Source: Takakia lepidozioides
Taxonomy: Eukaryota; Plantae; Bryophyta
NCBI GenBank assembly: GCA_030704615.1
Contig: CM060733.1
Span: 1,178,001 to 1,242,000 of the forward strand
Direction of reading: 5' to 3'
Length of the DNA: 64,000 nt
Shown here: positions 10,419 through 22,400 of the stretch, one piece after another
Numbering within the stretch: the stretch's first letter is position 1
Layout: every line of letters begins with the position of its first letter
Position numbers and translations under genes: made by a program
The notes under the pieces: model-generated
What the model saw: the letters and a program-made list of their open reading frames with translations, nothing else
Databases searched by the model: none
Told to the model about the DNA's origin: nothing

Positions 10419-13400
10419 TCTCGCCTCCTATTACTGAAAGTATGTGAGAAATTTCGCCAAGATCGCGGGGCCGCTGTCGGACCTTCTGTGTAAATCCAAG
10501 GTATGCGTATGGAACACCTTTTGTAGCCAAGCTTTTGCCGAGTTGAAGCAGCAAATAGCGGAAGCTCCAGTCCTGAAAATCTCGGAGTTTGACCGTCCAT
10601 TTGAGATTCATACGGATGCGTCGGACTTCGCGATTGGAGGACTTAGCCATTTTCGGCCCCGAACTGGAAAAATGGCGCCATTAGGATGGACGTCCAGTGG
10701 CTTACGAAAGTTAGAAAACTGAATGAAGTGGAGCGACGGTGGCCTACGCATGAGAAAGAAATGAAGGCGGTGGTGCATTACCTTGAGCTTTGGCGCCACT
10801 ATGTTGGTTCCAACCCGGTGAAGGTGTTCACGGATAATGTCACGGTGAAGTATTTTGCCACGCAGCCTAAGTTGTCCCCAAAACAACTTAGGTGGCAAGA
10901 CACTTTGGCAGTGTTTGACGTGGATATCCAGTACAAACCGGGACGGGACAATGTGGTGGCCGATGCTTTAAGTAGAAAGCAACAGCTCATGTTGGTGTAC
11001 ATAGGCGAGACGATGCTCCAAAAGAAGATCCGAAAGGCTTATCGGAAGGATGAGATGACGAAGTCCGTGAGGACTTGAGGATGGGGGTTAAATTGCAGTT
11101 CCATTTGCACAATGGACTGCTCCGGTACAAGCAAAAGCGCCTCTACGTGTCGAAGGGAGGGATCAGAGATAGTCTCTTGAGATAATGTCATGATGGCTCG
11201 CTTGCGGGCCACGGCAAAGCCAAGCGCACCGCGGTACACTTGAAAAAAGAGTATTTCTGGCCCAAACTGAGGGAGGAGGCCGAGGAGTATGTCAAGACAT
11301 GCACCATATGCCAACAAAACCGGAGCTAGTACAAAAAGCAAGCGGGACTATTACAACCCTTGCCGATTCCAGAAGGGTCTTGGAAAAATATCTCGATGGA
11401 TTTCATGATTGCTATGCCGCGGTCAAAAAGATTCGATGCAATCATGGTGGTGGTGGATAAGTTCAGCAAAATGGGCCATTTCATCCCCACCAAGGAGACG
11501 GCAACGACGCAGGAGACGGGGCGACTTTACTTCGCCCACGTCTTCAAGCATCATGGACTCCCGAAGGATATTGTCTCGGACCGCGATCCAAAGTTTACAA
11601 GTAAGTTTTGGAGGGCACTTTGGAAGAACATGGGGACGAGGCTCAAGATGAGCACCGCCTTCCGACCTACGACGGACGGCCAAACGGAAAGGGTGAATTC
11701 CGCGGTGAAGCAGATCTTGCGGAATTACGTGTTGGCAGACCAATTGGACTGGGTGGAGCACTTGGATGCAGCAGAGTTCTGTTATAATAACACAAAACAC
11801 TCCGCAATGGGAGTTTCCCCTTTCGTATTGGTCTATGGAAAAACACCTTTAAGTTAGGCCGCCCAAGATGTTGAGGAACTGGCAGCAGCAACAGTGCTGG
11901 AAGAACGTGAGCATTTGTTGAAGCTCGCAAAGTACAACATTGTCAAAGCTAGGAAACGGTATGAATGGCAGACGAATCAGAAGCGGAGGGAAGTTAAGTT
12001 TGAGGCAGGCACGGAGGTCTGGTTGAACATAAAGAATTTCCGACTACCTCCGGAAGTGAGTCCGAAGTTTGTACCTCCGTATGCGGGACCATTTCGCATC
12101 CGGAAGGTTATGAATGAGGATGTGTATAAATTGGAGCTGTCGGCAAACAGCAAGGTGCATCCGGTATTCCACGTCTCCCTTTTGAAGCCTTACTTCAAGG
12201 ATGAAGCGCGTCCGAATCGGCATCAAGTGTTGCGTCCGCCACCTGTGCTATTGGATCATGAAAATTAACTTGAGTACGAGGTGGAGGTAGTACTTAAGTC
12301 GATGAGGTTCAAGAATCGGGAAACAGAGTATCTCGTGAAATGGAAGGGCTATCATCATGTGGAGGCATCTTGGGTGCGTGTCTCAGAAATGGGAACCGCA
12401 TCCGAGGCGGTTGCAGCTTTCGAAGGGCGACCTCAAAAGCGGAAGAAGCGTTGATGGGGACATCAACCTTGGATCGTGGGGGAGGAAATGCATGCTTAGC
12501 CCGGCTTAACTAGCTCAGGAATCCGATTGCAAAAACTTGTGTTGTACAAATTTTATTATAAATGAAATGGTTTTCAAATGTTGTGCGTCCTATTTTGTTT
12601 AGAATGGTGATGCATGGTATGGTTGGCTAGTGTGTAGAATGCATACTAGCTTACAAAAGTGGGAGAGGTAAATTAGATTAATCGTGTGTTTGCGTGGTGC
12701 CGAAATCGGGTGACTCCCATCCAAGGGGTAAGGTAACTTGCGCCTTCTTTGGGAGTTCAGGTGCTAGTGCGCACCTGGCGCGTGCGCGTACTATAACTGC
12801 GCTACCGAGGGGGTTGCCTTGTAGTGCGGGCTAACGCGGAAGCTACGTGCTTCCGTTCATATACTATAATCGTGTAACCTCGGGACGAAGGCGTAGTGCG
12901 GCTTCAGCATGTTCCCGTACCTCAGGCCGACATTCCAAGGCGGACCCAATTGTAGTGATTGGGGCGCACGGTTGGTTCAAGGTTATCTTCCTAGTAAAAA
13001 AGGGTTCAAGGTGAACCCTTGCTCAAGGCGATGCCAAAAGCGACATCATGAGCGGTCGCAAGCAATGTTGTTGCAGTAAGGCGATTCGATCCTCGGGGAG
13101 GATTGTTCCTTGGCCTTGAAGTAGGCCAAGAAGAGTCCACTGGGAGGAGCTTGAGAGGCTTCACCCTTGGCCGAGACTTGGAGGAAGTCGGCCGAACTAG
13201 CTAGTGGAGAGTAAAATCAAGTGGGGGGTTTGGTTCTTTGCCATGGCACGCCATGGTACGGAAACAAACTCCTTGATGTGGGACACCACAACTTGGATGT
13301 TCGTTTCTACAAAATGGACAAGTCGATGAGGACATCGATTCCCTGCTGGTAGGGGTGTGTGTCGCGGCCCTTTGCCTTAAGGGCAGGGGGTCGGGACACG

Positions 13401-14087
13401 AGAGGGGCTGCCCATGTGGTGGGGGCAGTGACAACAATAGATGCGGGGGCTGAAGCACCCTTGAGTGCCCAAGGCACTCAAGGAGGCGGAGGCGCTCACT
13501 AGGTGAAGCCCCGCACACCGGGTTGCGGTGGGGGTGGTTCCACAAGGGGTGGTGGTAGCTTAGTGGGACTTAGTGGGGGTGACATAGGACTCACCATGGG
13601 GCGGAGACCTTGTGGTGGGAGTCGTGGGGAGTCTTGGGACTCATCACGGTCCAATGGGACCGTGGTGGGTGGGCCAAGACTCACCGCGACTCATCACCGA
13701 GAGTTGAGGGTTTTCGTGGTGGTTCGCCATAAAATGGCATGGTTGTTTGTGAAACCCCCGTGGACAGTCACAGAAGTATATATAGGGAGTAGTAACCCCG
13801 AGAACGGTGCAAGCCCGTTGGTGACCAAAAACTAGTGAGTAACCGTGCGAGCCGTAAAGCGACCAAGGTGTGGGGAGCTATTCCGGACTGCCATCGACCA
13901 AATTAGGGAATTTCCACTTGGCCCAAATTGAGAGAGGGTCTCGTGGAGGAGTAAAAGGGGACCGTTATGTCCCGGTGAGCAGCCGAAGCTCCGAGTTGGC
14001 CCGACGGCCAGTTTGGGAGTTAGGCGCGCGCATCAAAACGAGTAACTATGATTTGAAGGGGCGCTTACCGAAGTGAGGTGCGCGACA
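10419..14087 (+). mobile_element. Chromovirus copy B, 3' half: RT-RH linker, RNase H, integrase, chromodomain, 3' region and full 3' LTR (13360-14087); pseudogenised
   Basis: HTDASDFAIGG, ISMDF, SDRDPKF, GQTERVN, YLVKWKGY. The 728-bp LTR has inverted ends TGTCGCG...CGCGACA. Confidence 0.93.
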
Positions 14088-14399
14088 CCGGGAGCGGAGC
14101 GAGGATCTTGGATTTGGAATTATTTTTTAGATGAAAAAGTGTAATATTTAATTCAATCACTTAGCATGTTTGGTTTGCACCATTTCGAACCTCAAACCTC
14201 ACCACTATATTGCATGTCATCTGACTACCGCATTACTATCCACTTCTTGATTTATTTTTTATTTTTTAATATTTTATGCTAGAATACACGCTCGCAGGTG
14301 AGAGGGGGGGGTGGTGATTTGACGGCACACCCCACCGGAACGGCCATACCCACCAGCGAGGCTCCCACGCTTGCATTCAACTCGTCGGGTCGGGTAAGC

Positions 14400-15800
14400 G
14401 TACCTAGTCTTTTCCGAATAGGAATAATATAAGAACTTAATGCACATTCTGACGAGTTCTACCAGAGAGGGGGATATAGAGAACTTGCTGAGCAACCAAA
14501 GTATGCATTGGAGTTTCAACACTATGTATTGAATCTACAGAACCGGACAGGCCCGATTCAACAGTAGTCTTATCTGCAAGCTTAGTACAGTACAATTCTC
14601 GTAAACGGGAACTAGTTGTACCACATTCAAAAAAAATCCGTACTACATCTACCATTTCCGACATCCGGCTCGCTCATTGCCTTCCAGATCGATTGAGCTT
14701 GTTGAAGTCCATGCCGCTATTTTTAAACGGAACGACCGAAGATGTTGCAATAAAACTGACCAGACTTCAACATGTTGAACAGAACACGGCGCATGGCAGT
14801 ACCAAGTTGCCTTCCCATTTTATGCTTCGACCACATTTGTGCACGTTAATCCAGTAGATTTTGATGTGTCAGACAGACTTGGTTTTTAATTGATGAAGCG
14901 CCGTACTTGACATACTCATCCAACCCATTCTACATTTGTTCGGCACTGATATTGCGATGTACGAATTTGAAATCAGGTTTGTCGATATTCTTTAAATAGT
15001 AACCAACCATCCCAATAAAAGTGTGTAAGCCTTTTCCACGAAGGGCTTTGCAATGAACCAGGTGTCCGGGGGGCGCAATTTTGGGATCATCCCATCCAAG
15101 TTCTTTTTTGATTAGCTTGTTTAACATCAACAAGCTAGAAACATAGAGTGTACAAACCATTTGCAGGTGGAGGTGAAATAGTGTGTCACCCCTTTCCAAT
15201 GCACACAATCCGGGGATACAGATGTGCTCGATGAAATTTTCCATCTTCTGTAAGCAGTTGACGTCTATAACTGCTGCACCGACACCGATGGTGACACTAG
15301 CCTCCAAAAAAATTTCAGTGCTCTTGCATTTTTCCTTTGCCCTCTCCTTAGCCGCTGCTTTCATCCTCGGCATTTCCTACCCTGTGCACCAGGCGCAAGT
15401 GAATCGACCCCACGCTACTGGGCACTAGCCTGTAATTCCTTATGCAGCGGTCGCTGGCCCACCTTATCGTTCGTGGGGGCTCGTCTTGCCATAATATGTC
15501 ACTGCCACACCACCGTACCTCGCACCCAGTACCCTCGTCTGGCCCCACCACTCGGCCTGGATCGTACTTCTCCAATGAGTGTGCCGCCTATCATTGCTCT
15601 TCAAAGCTCCAGAACTTTCCAGATCGTAGGTAGTTCTCGAAAGTTCCAGAGCACACCACCTCATCATTTTTCTTGGAGCATCTACAACTTTCCGCTATTT
15701 CTACGCTACGATCTACACCTGCTCTCATCATTCAGGCGTTCCAGCAGCCCAGCCCACCCTTCTCAATGGCCGGGCCATTCGCCTTTGTCTTTCTGACCTT
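14400..15800 (-). mobile_element. Replitron-like element: decayed HUH endonuclease transposase (core ORF 14930-15373); boundaries approximate
   Basis: ERGDTLFHLHLQ (HUH) and LHTFIGMVGYYLK (catalytic Tyr), continuing past a stop into GLDEYVKYG..IKNQVCLT. No helicase is attached. Confidence 0.75.
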
Positions 15801-16179
15801 TAGGATCAAACCCCTCGGAGGATTTGGGACCGTTACTTATGCACATCATTGTAGTTTGTTATATGGTAATTTAGATATTTGCTTAAGGCTCTGCTCTATT
15901 TTTGCAGGTATTGTAGTTTATTGCAATTTTTTGTAACTCTTTAACATTAGGTGTTGCTGTGAGGCCTTTCCAGCACGTTAAGGGTTTTCAGTGCTTATGT
16001 GCCATGTGTTATATTATCATTAGCACTGCAAAGCAAAACAACGCATTATAAACCATAATGCACTGCCGTGAGCATCTCGATGGTGTGACAAGTTTTGATT
16101 GACTGTGACCTATGACGTCGTCCGGGATGCAGCAGCTGTGGTTGCTCGTGATGCTGGGATACATGTCATTCGAGAGCAA

Positions 16180-17329
16180 CCTGGGGACTATGTGTATTTG
16201 CAGCAGACAGCGCTTACGACCTTGGATGTCACAGCAGGACGTGTGATTCTAAGGGTCAGGGAGGTGTTGCCTTCAAGAGTATTGATTCTGGAGGGTCGAG
16301 ATGGCATGATATGGAAGGACCATGTGCGCAATTGTGCGCCATGTCACCTTCCACATGTGGATGGGATGATAGATCCAATCTTGCAGTGGTACCTACAGGG
16401 TTGCGTTGCATGCTATGTGGGCATGCTGGTGGCGTTGCAACCATGTTGGTGTGTGACAAATGCTCAAGGGGGTGGCACATGTGATGCTTGACACCGCCAC
16501 TTGAGGAGGTTCATATCGGAAAATGATTATGTCCACGATGCCTTGGACAAAGGTAGTGGGCATGACAATGGTGAGGCTGACAAATGATCCAAGGTCTAGC
16601 TAGTAGGGCTTCAATGCCATGGATACTCAACTGAAGATCATGGATTGCATGAAGGTGAGTAACAATGGGGCTACTTTTGCACCCGGCCTCTTGATCTATC
16701 AACTTCAGATGTTGGGACTTGTGCAATTGAAGACCAAACAATGATCTTATTGGAGAGGATACTTGCCAGCTATCCGGCGTTAGAGGGACCTAATCACCAG
16801 CTAGGGGGGCGATTATGGCGTGGCTTTCTAGGATTATATGCCAGGAAGTGTGGTTGGACAACGATGTATGTTGTGGCACAATTCTTAGGTGCACGACAGC
16901 TGTCATGGTTTTGTTTGTGATTAGTTAGAAATAGTTATTTCTAGCTAATTAGGACTTTATACATTTATACTTGTATTTTGTTGGCATTGGGACTTCATTT
17001 GGTTCCATGTGGCAAGTGAGGTGACAACCTCACTTGGGATGTGGAGAGGTTATCTCCACGTGATGTGCAGGAAGACTTGTCTTCTTCTAGTCGAGCCTTC
17101 CGAGGCCTCTCTCGCCATAGCTCTAGTACTTGAGATGGAAAGTGGGTGAGGTCTGTATGGTGGAGTCCTTTAGCAAAGGTGCCATTGGTTTGACTTATGT
17201 ATCGTGATAGAGGGGGTTCACCTCTTTTTACCATTTCCGTATCATTGTGGCGTGGCTTTCTAGGATTATATGCTAGGAAGTGTGGTTGGACAACGATGTA
17301 TGTTGTGGCACAATTCTTAGGTGCACGAC
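16180..17329 (+). mobile_element. Gypsy remnant: integrase C-terminus with PHD finger, PPT, LTR (~16814-17244) and a truncated second LTR start (17246-17329)
   Basis: PGDYVYL..WKDHVRNCAPCHLP then, frameshifted, CMLCG..MLVCDKCSRGWHM.CLTPPL..LCPRC (C4HC3). Purine tract AGGGGGGCGA precedes the LTR; ~85 bp are directly duplicated. Confidence 0.7.
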
Positions 17330-19455
17330 TGAGATTTGACTAGTAGGCTGCTCGGAGCTCCTCCGGCCAGCGGGCCCCACCATCTCACATAATCTCTTCA
17401 TTTTATTTATTTATTCTTACTTCAAAGAAACTTAGGGGACAGAGGCCCTCCGCCTTTGGTGCCCCATATGAGGTCAAAGGTTTGTGAAGCACCTTCATCA
17501 TTTTTTACTCCGAACACCTGCACAAGGCTACCAACATGGTTGTCTAGGCTTTTCTCCCCTTAGTCATCAGGTTTGAGTAGATAATATTAAACAAGAAAAT
17601 AGAGTCTGATTGGGGAGGAGGTGGGTGCTAGTGAGAACAGAAAAGAAGAACCAGCCTCCAAACATAAACCGCCATGGAGTAATGAATAAGACAATGTTCG
17701 AAACTTTCCACTTCATTAGCGGTGCATAAGGAGCAGAAAGCTTGGGCCAAGCTTGGGCTCTAGCGTGGTCAATTGGAACAATCTAATTAGCTAGCTTCTG
17801 GAGGAAGGTGCTTATCTTTGCCGATCTGTCATTATGCCAAACCTCATGCCAAAACTATTTCCAGGTAGGGGAGGGGATAAGGAGGGCAATTTCTTGTTCC
17901 AATGACGCGCACAAGTGAAAGGAGGCCACAACACATTAAAGCCCAATTTAGTTAACCAAAGAAGGGGGTGCACTTTGCAAAAATAACTTGGATAAGACCC
18001 AAAGTTACGGCATTTAATTTTTTTAATTTTAGCGACAGTGGCCGTGGAAACTTTATTTAGAATTATTTTGGGGAAAAAAATTAAAACCCCTATTACACCA
18101 TGAGGCACACACGGTAGTTAGTGAGAAAACGAACTTGACCCCTTGACTTGAGAAGGGAGGGAGACCATATTGGGACACACTCCCAAACTCCTACAAAACT
18201 ACTAGAGACAACTATGCTTTTAAACAAAGCTAAATCAGATGTAGCAAATGCTTAGCGCCTTGTCAAATTGCAGCAAAAGTGAGTACAAACTATAAACCCA
18301 TGGGTCTGTCTAACTATGCTTAGAGAGTGGTCCAGGACTTAACTAGGACCCAGGGAACGGGAAAAGCCTGTATTAAGGCTAAGAAGAGAAGAGGGCTCGT
18401 AGAGGGCCCTGAAAACTGCACACCCCATGCTAGGGTCATTAAGTGCGGCAGTGGGACCAATTGTATATGTGGCGGAGGCAACCTTCTAGAAGGGTCCCAC
18501 CGCTCAGGGCTCGGCGGGCTTCTAGAAGGTCCCACCACCCTATGAGGGTATACAAAGAGAGCCGGGGCTCTCTTCCCTGCGTCTTATTATTTGCTCACTT
18601 ACTACTTACTAGCACCTAGGGGTCGCTCACTTACTACTTACTAAGTACCTAGGGGGCTCTGCGCAGGTAGGGCCCCAAAAAGAAATGCAAACCATACATA
18701 TTAAATTAATAGATGTAGTGGGTGTGATGAAATAAGGGGGCCAGATCAATGTGTGTGTCAGACACATGCAATTGTAATCCCGCATAGCTTTGTAATTCCG
18801 CAAGTAGTGCCCCCGCATTGTTTTCGTTCTCCTGCATGATCCTGGGAGCCACTTCCATGTCAAGTCTGTGATTTGCCCAGTTTCTCGATTTTTGTCTCTT
18901 TATGTGCAGGCATGATGATGCGTTCCGAATCCAAAATGTCTCAGTTAGCAAAGAAGGTGGTTTTTATTTGATACTTGTAAATGCCCTTCCAAGAACAAAA
19001 TATACCAAGGTTCGGTGCAAGTGTTTATTCATATTTTACCTGGAATGGGTTGATGGCGGATGGGAGAGAGCGGGCTGTCACTCTGCCTGGTTTGACGGTC
19101 TGATTCTACTTCTTGGACATACATGTTCGGAAATTGTGGTAGTTACTAGAGTCCAACTAAACCTTGTTGCAGCGATTTACACATTTGTTGACATCGACCC
19201 AGGGCTCTCTAAAATATGATCAGATCTACAATGAACTCATGGGTTATCTTCCCTGCCACATGCAGTGCCTACAGTGAACGACATGATGTTATTCTATGCC
19301 ATAGTGCAGGAATCACAAAAATGAACACGAATTCATACATAGGCACCCTGAGCTGTGTGGAAAGTGCAGTAGCACAAGAGTTATTGGTGTAGTATATAGG
19401 CTCCATCCTCACAGCAAGAGACTCAGTAGACAATCAGTTGAGCATGGACAGAAAA

Positions 19456-22400
19456 TCAGTCGTCCATTGGGTCTTCAGGTGCAGACTTGGGATCTCGTTT
19501 GATAACAATAATTGGACAGTCCACATTCTTCATGCAATAGGAGCTCACGCCTCCCACAAACATCCTGCCAGAACATGTATAATTTGCTAAGTATGGAGTG
19601 AGGAGATGAAGTCCAATGTCACGAAGAACATGAGGATCAAACTAAACACGCAAAATGTCTTTGCAATCATAGACCCATGGGCTCGTATAATTCCTTCCAC
19701 CTCTCAGCATCTACTGCATGCCACTCCGTCAGGTCCTGAACTCGTCGTGACAGGAAGTACTAGCAAGCAGCAGGATGGAGGGTTCCCCTTCATGGCTTCC
19801 TGCCTTAAATTCTGAGTGGTTGCCTGGAGAAGGTTTCTAAAGTGGTCTGTCCCTATCATCTTCAGGGGAAAAAGCAAAGCGATGCCAAATCCCTGCAAAA
19901 CATCGCTATGGCAGTCTTTGACCTGCTAGGATGCTAGGAACTAGTGTAGGGGAACGGGGCCAATGAAAGTGTGTGAGTCTGACATTACCTTCAAGCAGCA
20001 GCCTTGCCCAAAAAGCTCATAACACAATACAGGATAGAAATATTGATTGCTATTTAAACACTGACTGGGCTGATAGTGCATAGAGGATGCAGTACCGTTG
20101 CAATGTGCCAAGGCCACGGTTTCCCATGACCAAGATGTCAGGATGCACTCTGCGAACTTCCTCACATATCGTACTCTTGATATCTCCTTGCTTCAACCAG
20201 CCTTCACACTCCACCTGTCATTAAAGAAACCCAAACCTGACAGCTTGTTGCAGCAGCCATGATCAACGAAGTCCGAGCGATATAAAGTGGTCAAAAGAGA
20301 ATGTACTCATAAGACGTTGTACTCATAGACCCTGCACCCAGTTTTGGCGGAACAAGAGGGAACAGACACTACGTCTATGAGGGGTGCACTCCGGTAGTGG
20401 GGCTTACCAAGATAAAGACAATTAGGTCGGGCTTTCCAGATATCCTCTACAAAGCCCTTCACACAAGCATCAACCTGCTGTGTGTGCGCTGTCCAGCTAT
20501 TAGACCCCAACAGGGCCAGGGCTTTAGGCTCAGCCTCAAGATTTTCTAAGTTGGCGAACAAAGGTGTGGGAACAATGTTCTTGATGTTACTGAAGAGGGT
20601 CACTCTCTGGTGAGAATATCCCGGACAATGTATCAGAAATGGGATCACATTGTCTTCAGGCTGCCCCCACATTGGGCAATTAGGATCTCCTTTTCCTCTC
20701 TTCAAAGGTAGGCTTCCCACCCTGAGTTTACATTAGGTAGGTCCTTGATATCATACTTAAGGTCCTCGCCCATGTGACAGACTGGAAACAAGTTCAGAGA
20801 AGTTTTACATTTTCATCCAGCAGTCTTCGGGCATCTGACATGGCATTAGACACTGCAACCTCCAGGTCAGCTTCATCTTGCAGGGTCAATTCTTCTGGAC
20901 TAATATTCAGAAATAGAGTCGACTACGGGTATAAGGTATTAGACATGCTATTCAACTAACCGCACCATCTGACCTTGGACTCGTCGCGTCGAGAGCCTAA
21001 GGGAGGTATGCCAAACTCGCCCCCCGAACAGTCATGTTACCTGTTCTAGAGCACGCTGACATGCTCTCTTTGGGCACCGCAACCTGAATGGATTCTAGAG
21101 ATTTAGCATGGTTGGAGTTGTCGACCCACACAGCAGGATGCATACTCCAAGGCAGGCATTACCGTTGCAAAGCATGGTCCTTTTAACTTTAGTATTAATC
21201 CCTCTGCAGTGGAATACTTTAGTGAGGCAGCTTTGCGTTTAGCAGCTTGAACCACTTTTTATATATGCGCATCCCAGTTGCAACTGGAGGAAAACTCAAC
21301 ACCAAAGATATGTGTAGGAAGGGAGCACAGGGACCCCAAGTTCATTTGAGATCCCCACCTCCCTCCCCACGATCATTGAAAGCCACCATTGCGCATTTGA
21401 TAACATTGGCTTCTAGCCTCCACAGGTCAAAGTACCTCTTTGCACAACCAATCAACTCCTGAAGATCGGATGGGCTATCCCCTAGGCCTGCAAAGTCATC
21501 CGCAAACATAAGGGCTGGAATAATGGCATCACCCTACTTTACCCAAACCCCTCACTTTCCACATCTTCAAGCAGTGAAAACATTGAAGAGCAGTGGGGAG
21601 AGGGTACAGCCTAGAGCTACACGTTGGTCAACATGAATGAAGTTAGATTTCTGTCCATTAACCATAATGCAGCTTTTGGTGTTCACATACAGGTTGTGAA
21701 CCATCCTCCACATCTTTCCCCTGACCCAGAAGACCAAAGACAGAGCCACAACCCCTCTCACACTCTGAAATAAACCTTTTGACATCCAGGAAGAAGACAA
21801 AAGTGGGCTTTCCATCTTTTTTCCTTCCCTGAATAATCTGGCTTAGTGTGAAGATATGGTCAACACAGCCCCTACTTCTCCCAAAGCCAGCCTGGCATTC
21901 ATGGCAAACACCTTTAGACTCCAGATTAGCCTCGAGATGGGTACTTATAAGCCTACAAAATAGCTTGCCAACTGCGTTAAGGAACGTAATGCTGCAATAG
22001 TTTCCAGGCTCTTCTCTTCGCCTTTCTTAAACAGGTTGACAATGACACCCTCTCAATGGAATCACTTCAGTCTACCAAATAAGGTTAAAGAGAGAAAGAT
22101 TCAAGGGACACAACAACATCCACAAGGGCTGAAAGACAAAGCCCAAAAACCAACAGGCCTTTGGACGAAACCCAAACTAACAATAAAAATCTTGACAAAC
22201 CATGTTAGAGTAACCCAAAATTCCAAACAGAGAATGCTAGTTCCGCTGTTGCTGTTCAAGTGTATGCTCCTCTCTCAGGCAGAGAACAGAATACTGTGTC
22301 TGGCTCTTGTTCACAGCATTTATGATACCTAGGAGGTTGCTTTCATTCCTTGTAGGACACCCAGAACATCCAATATGTACATGATTGGCCTAATAAGTCA

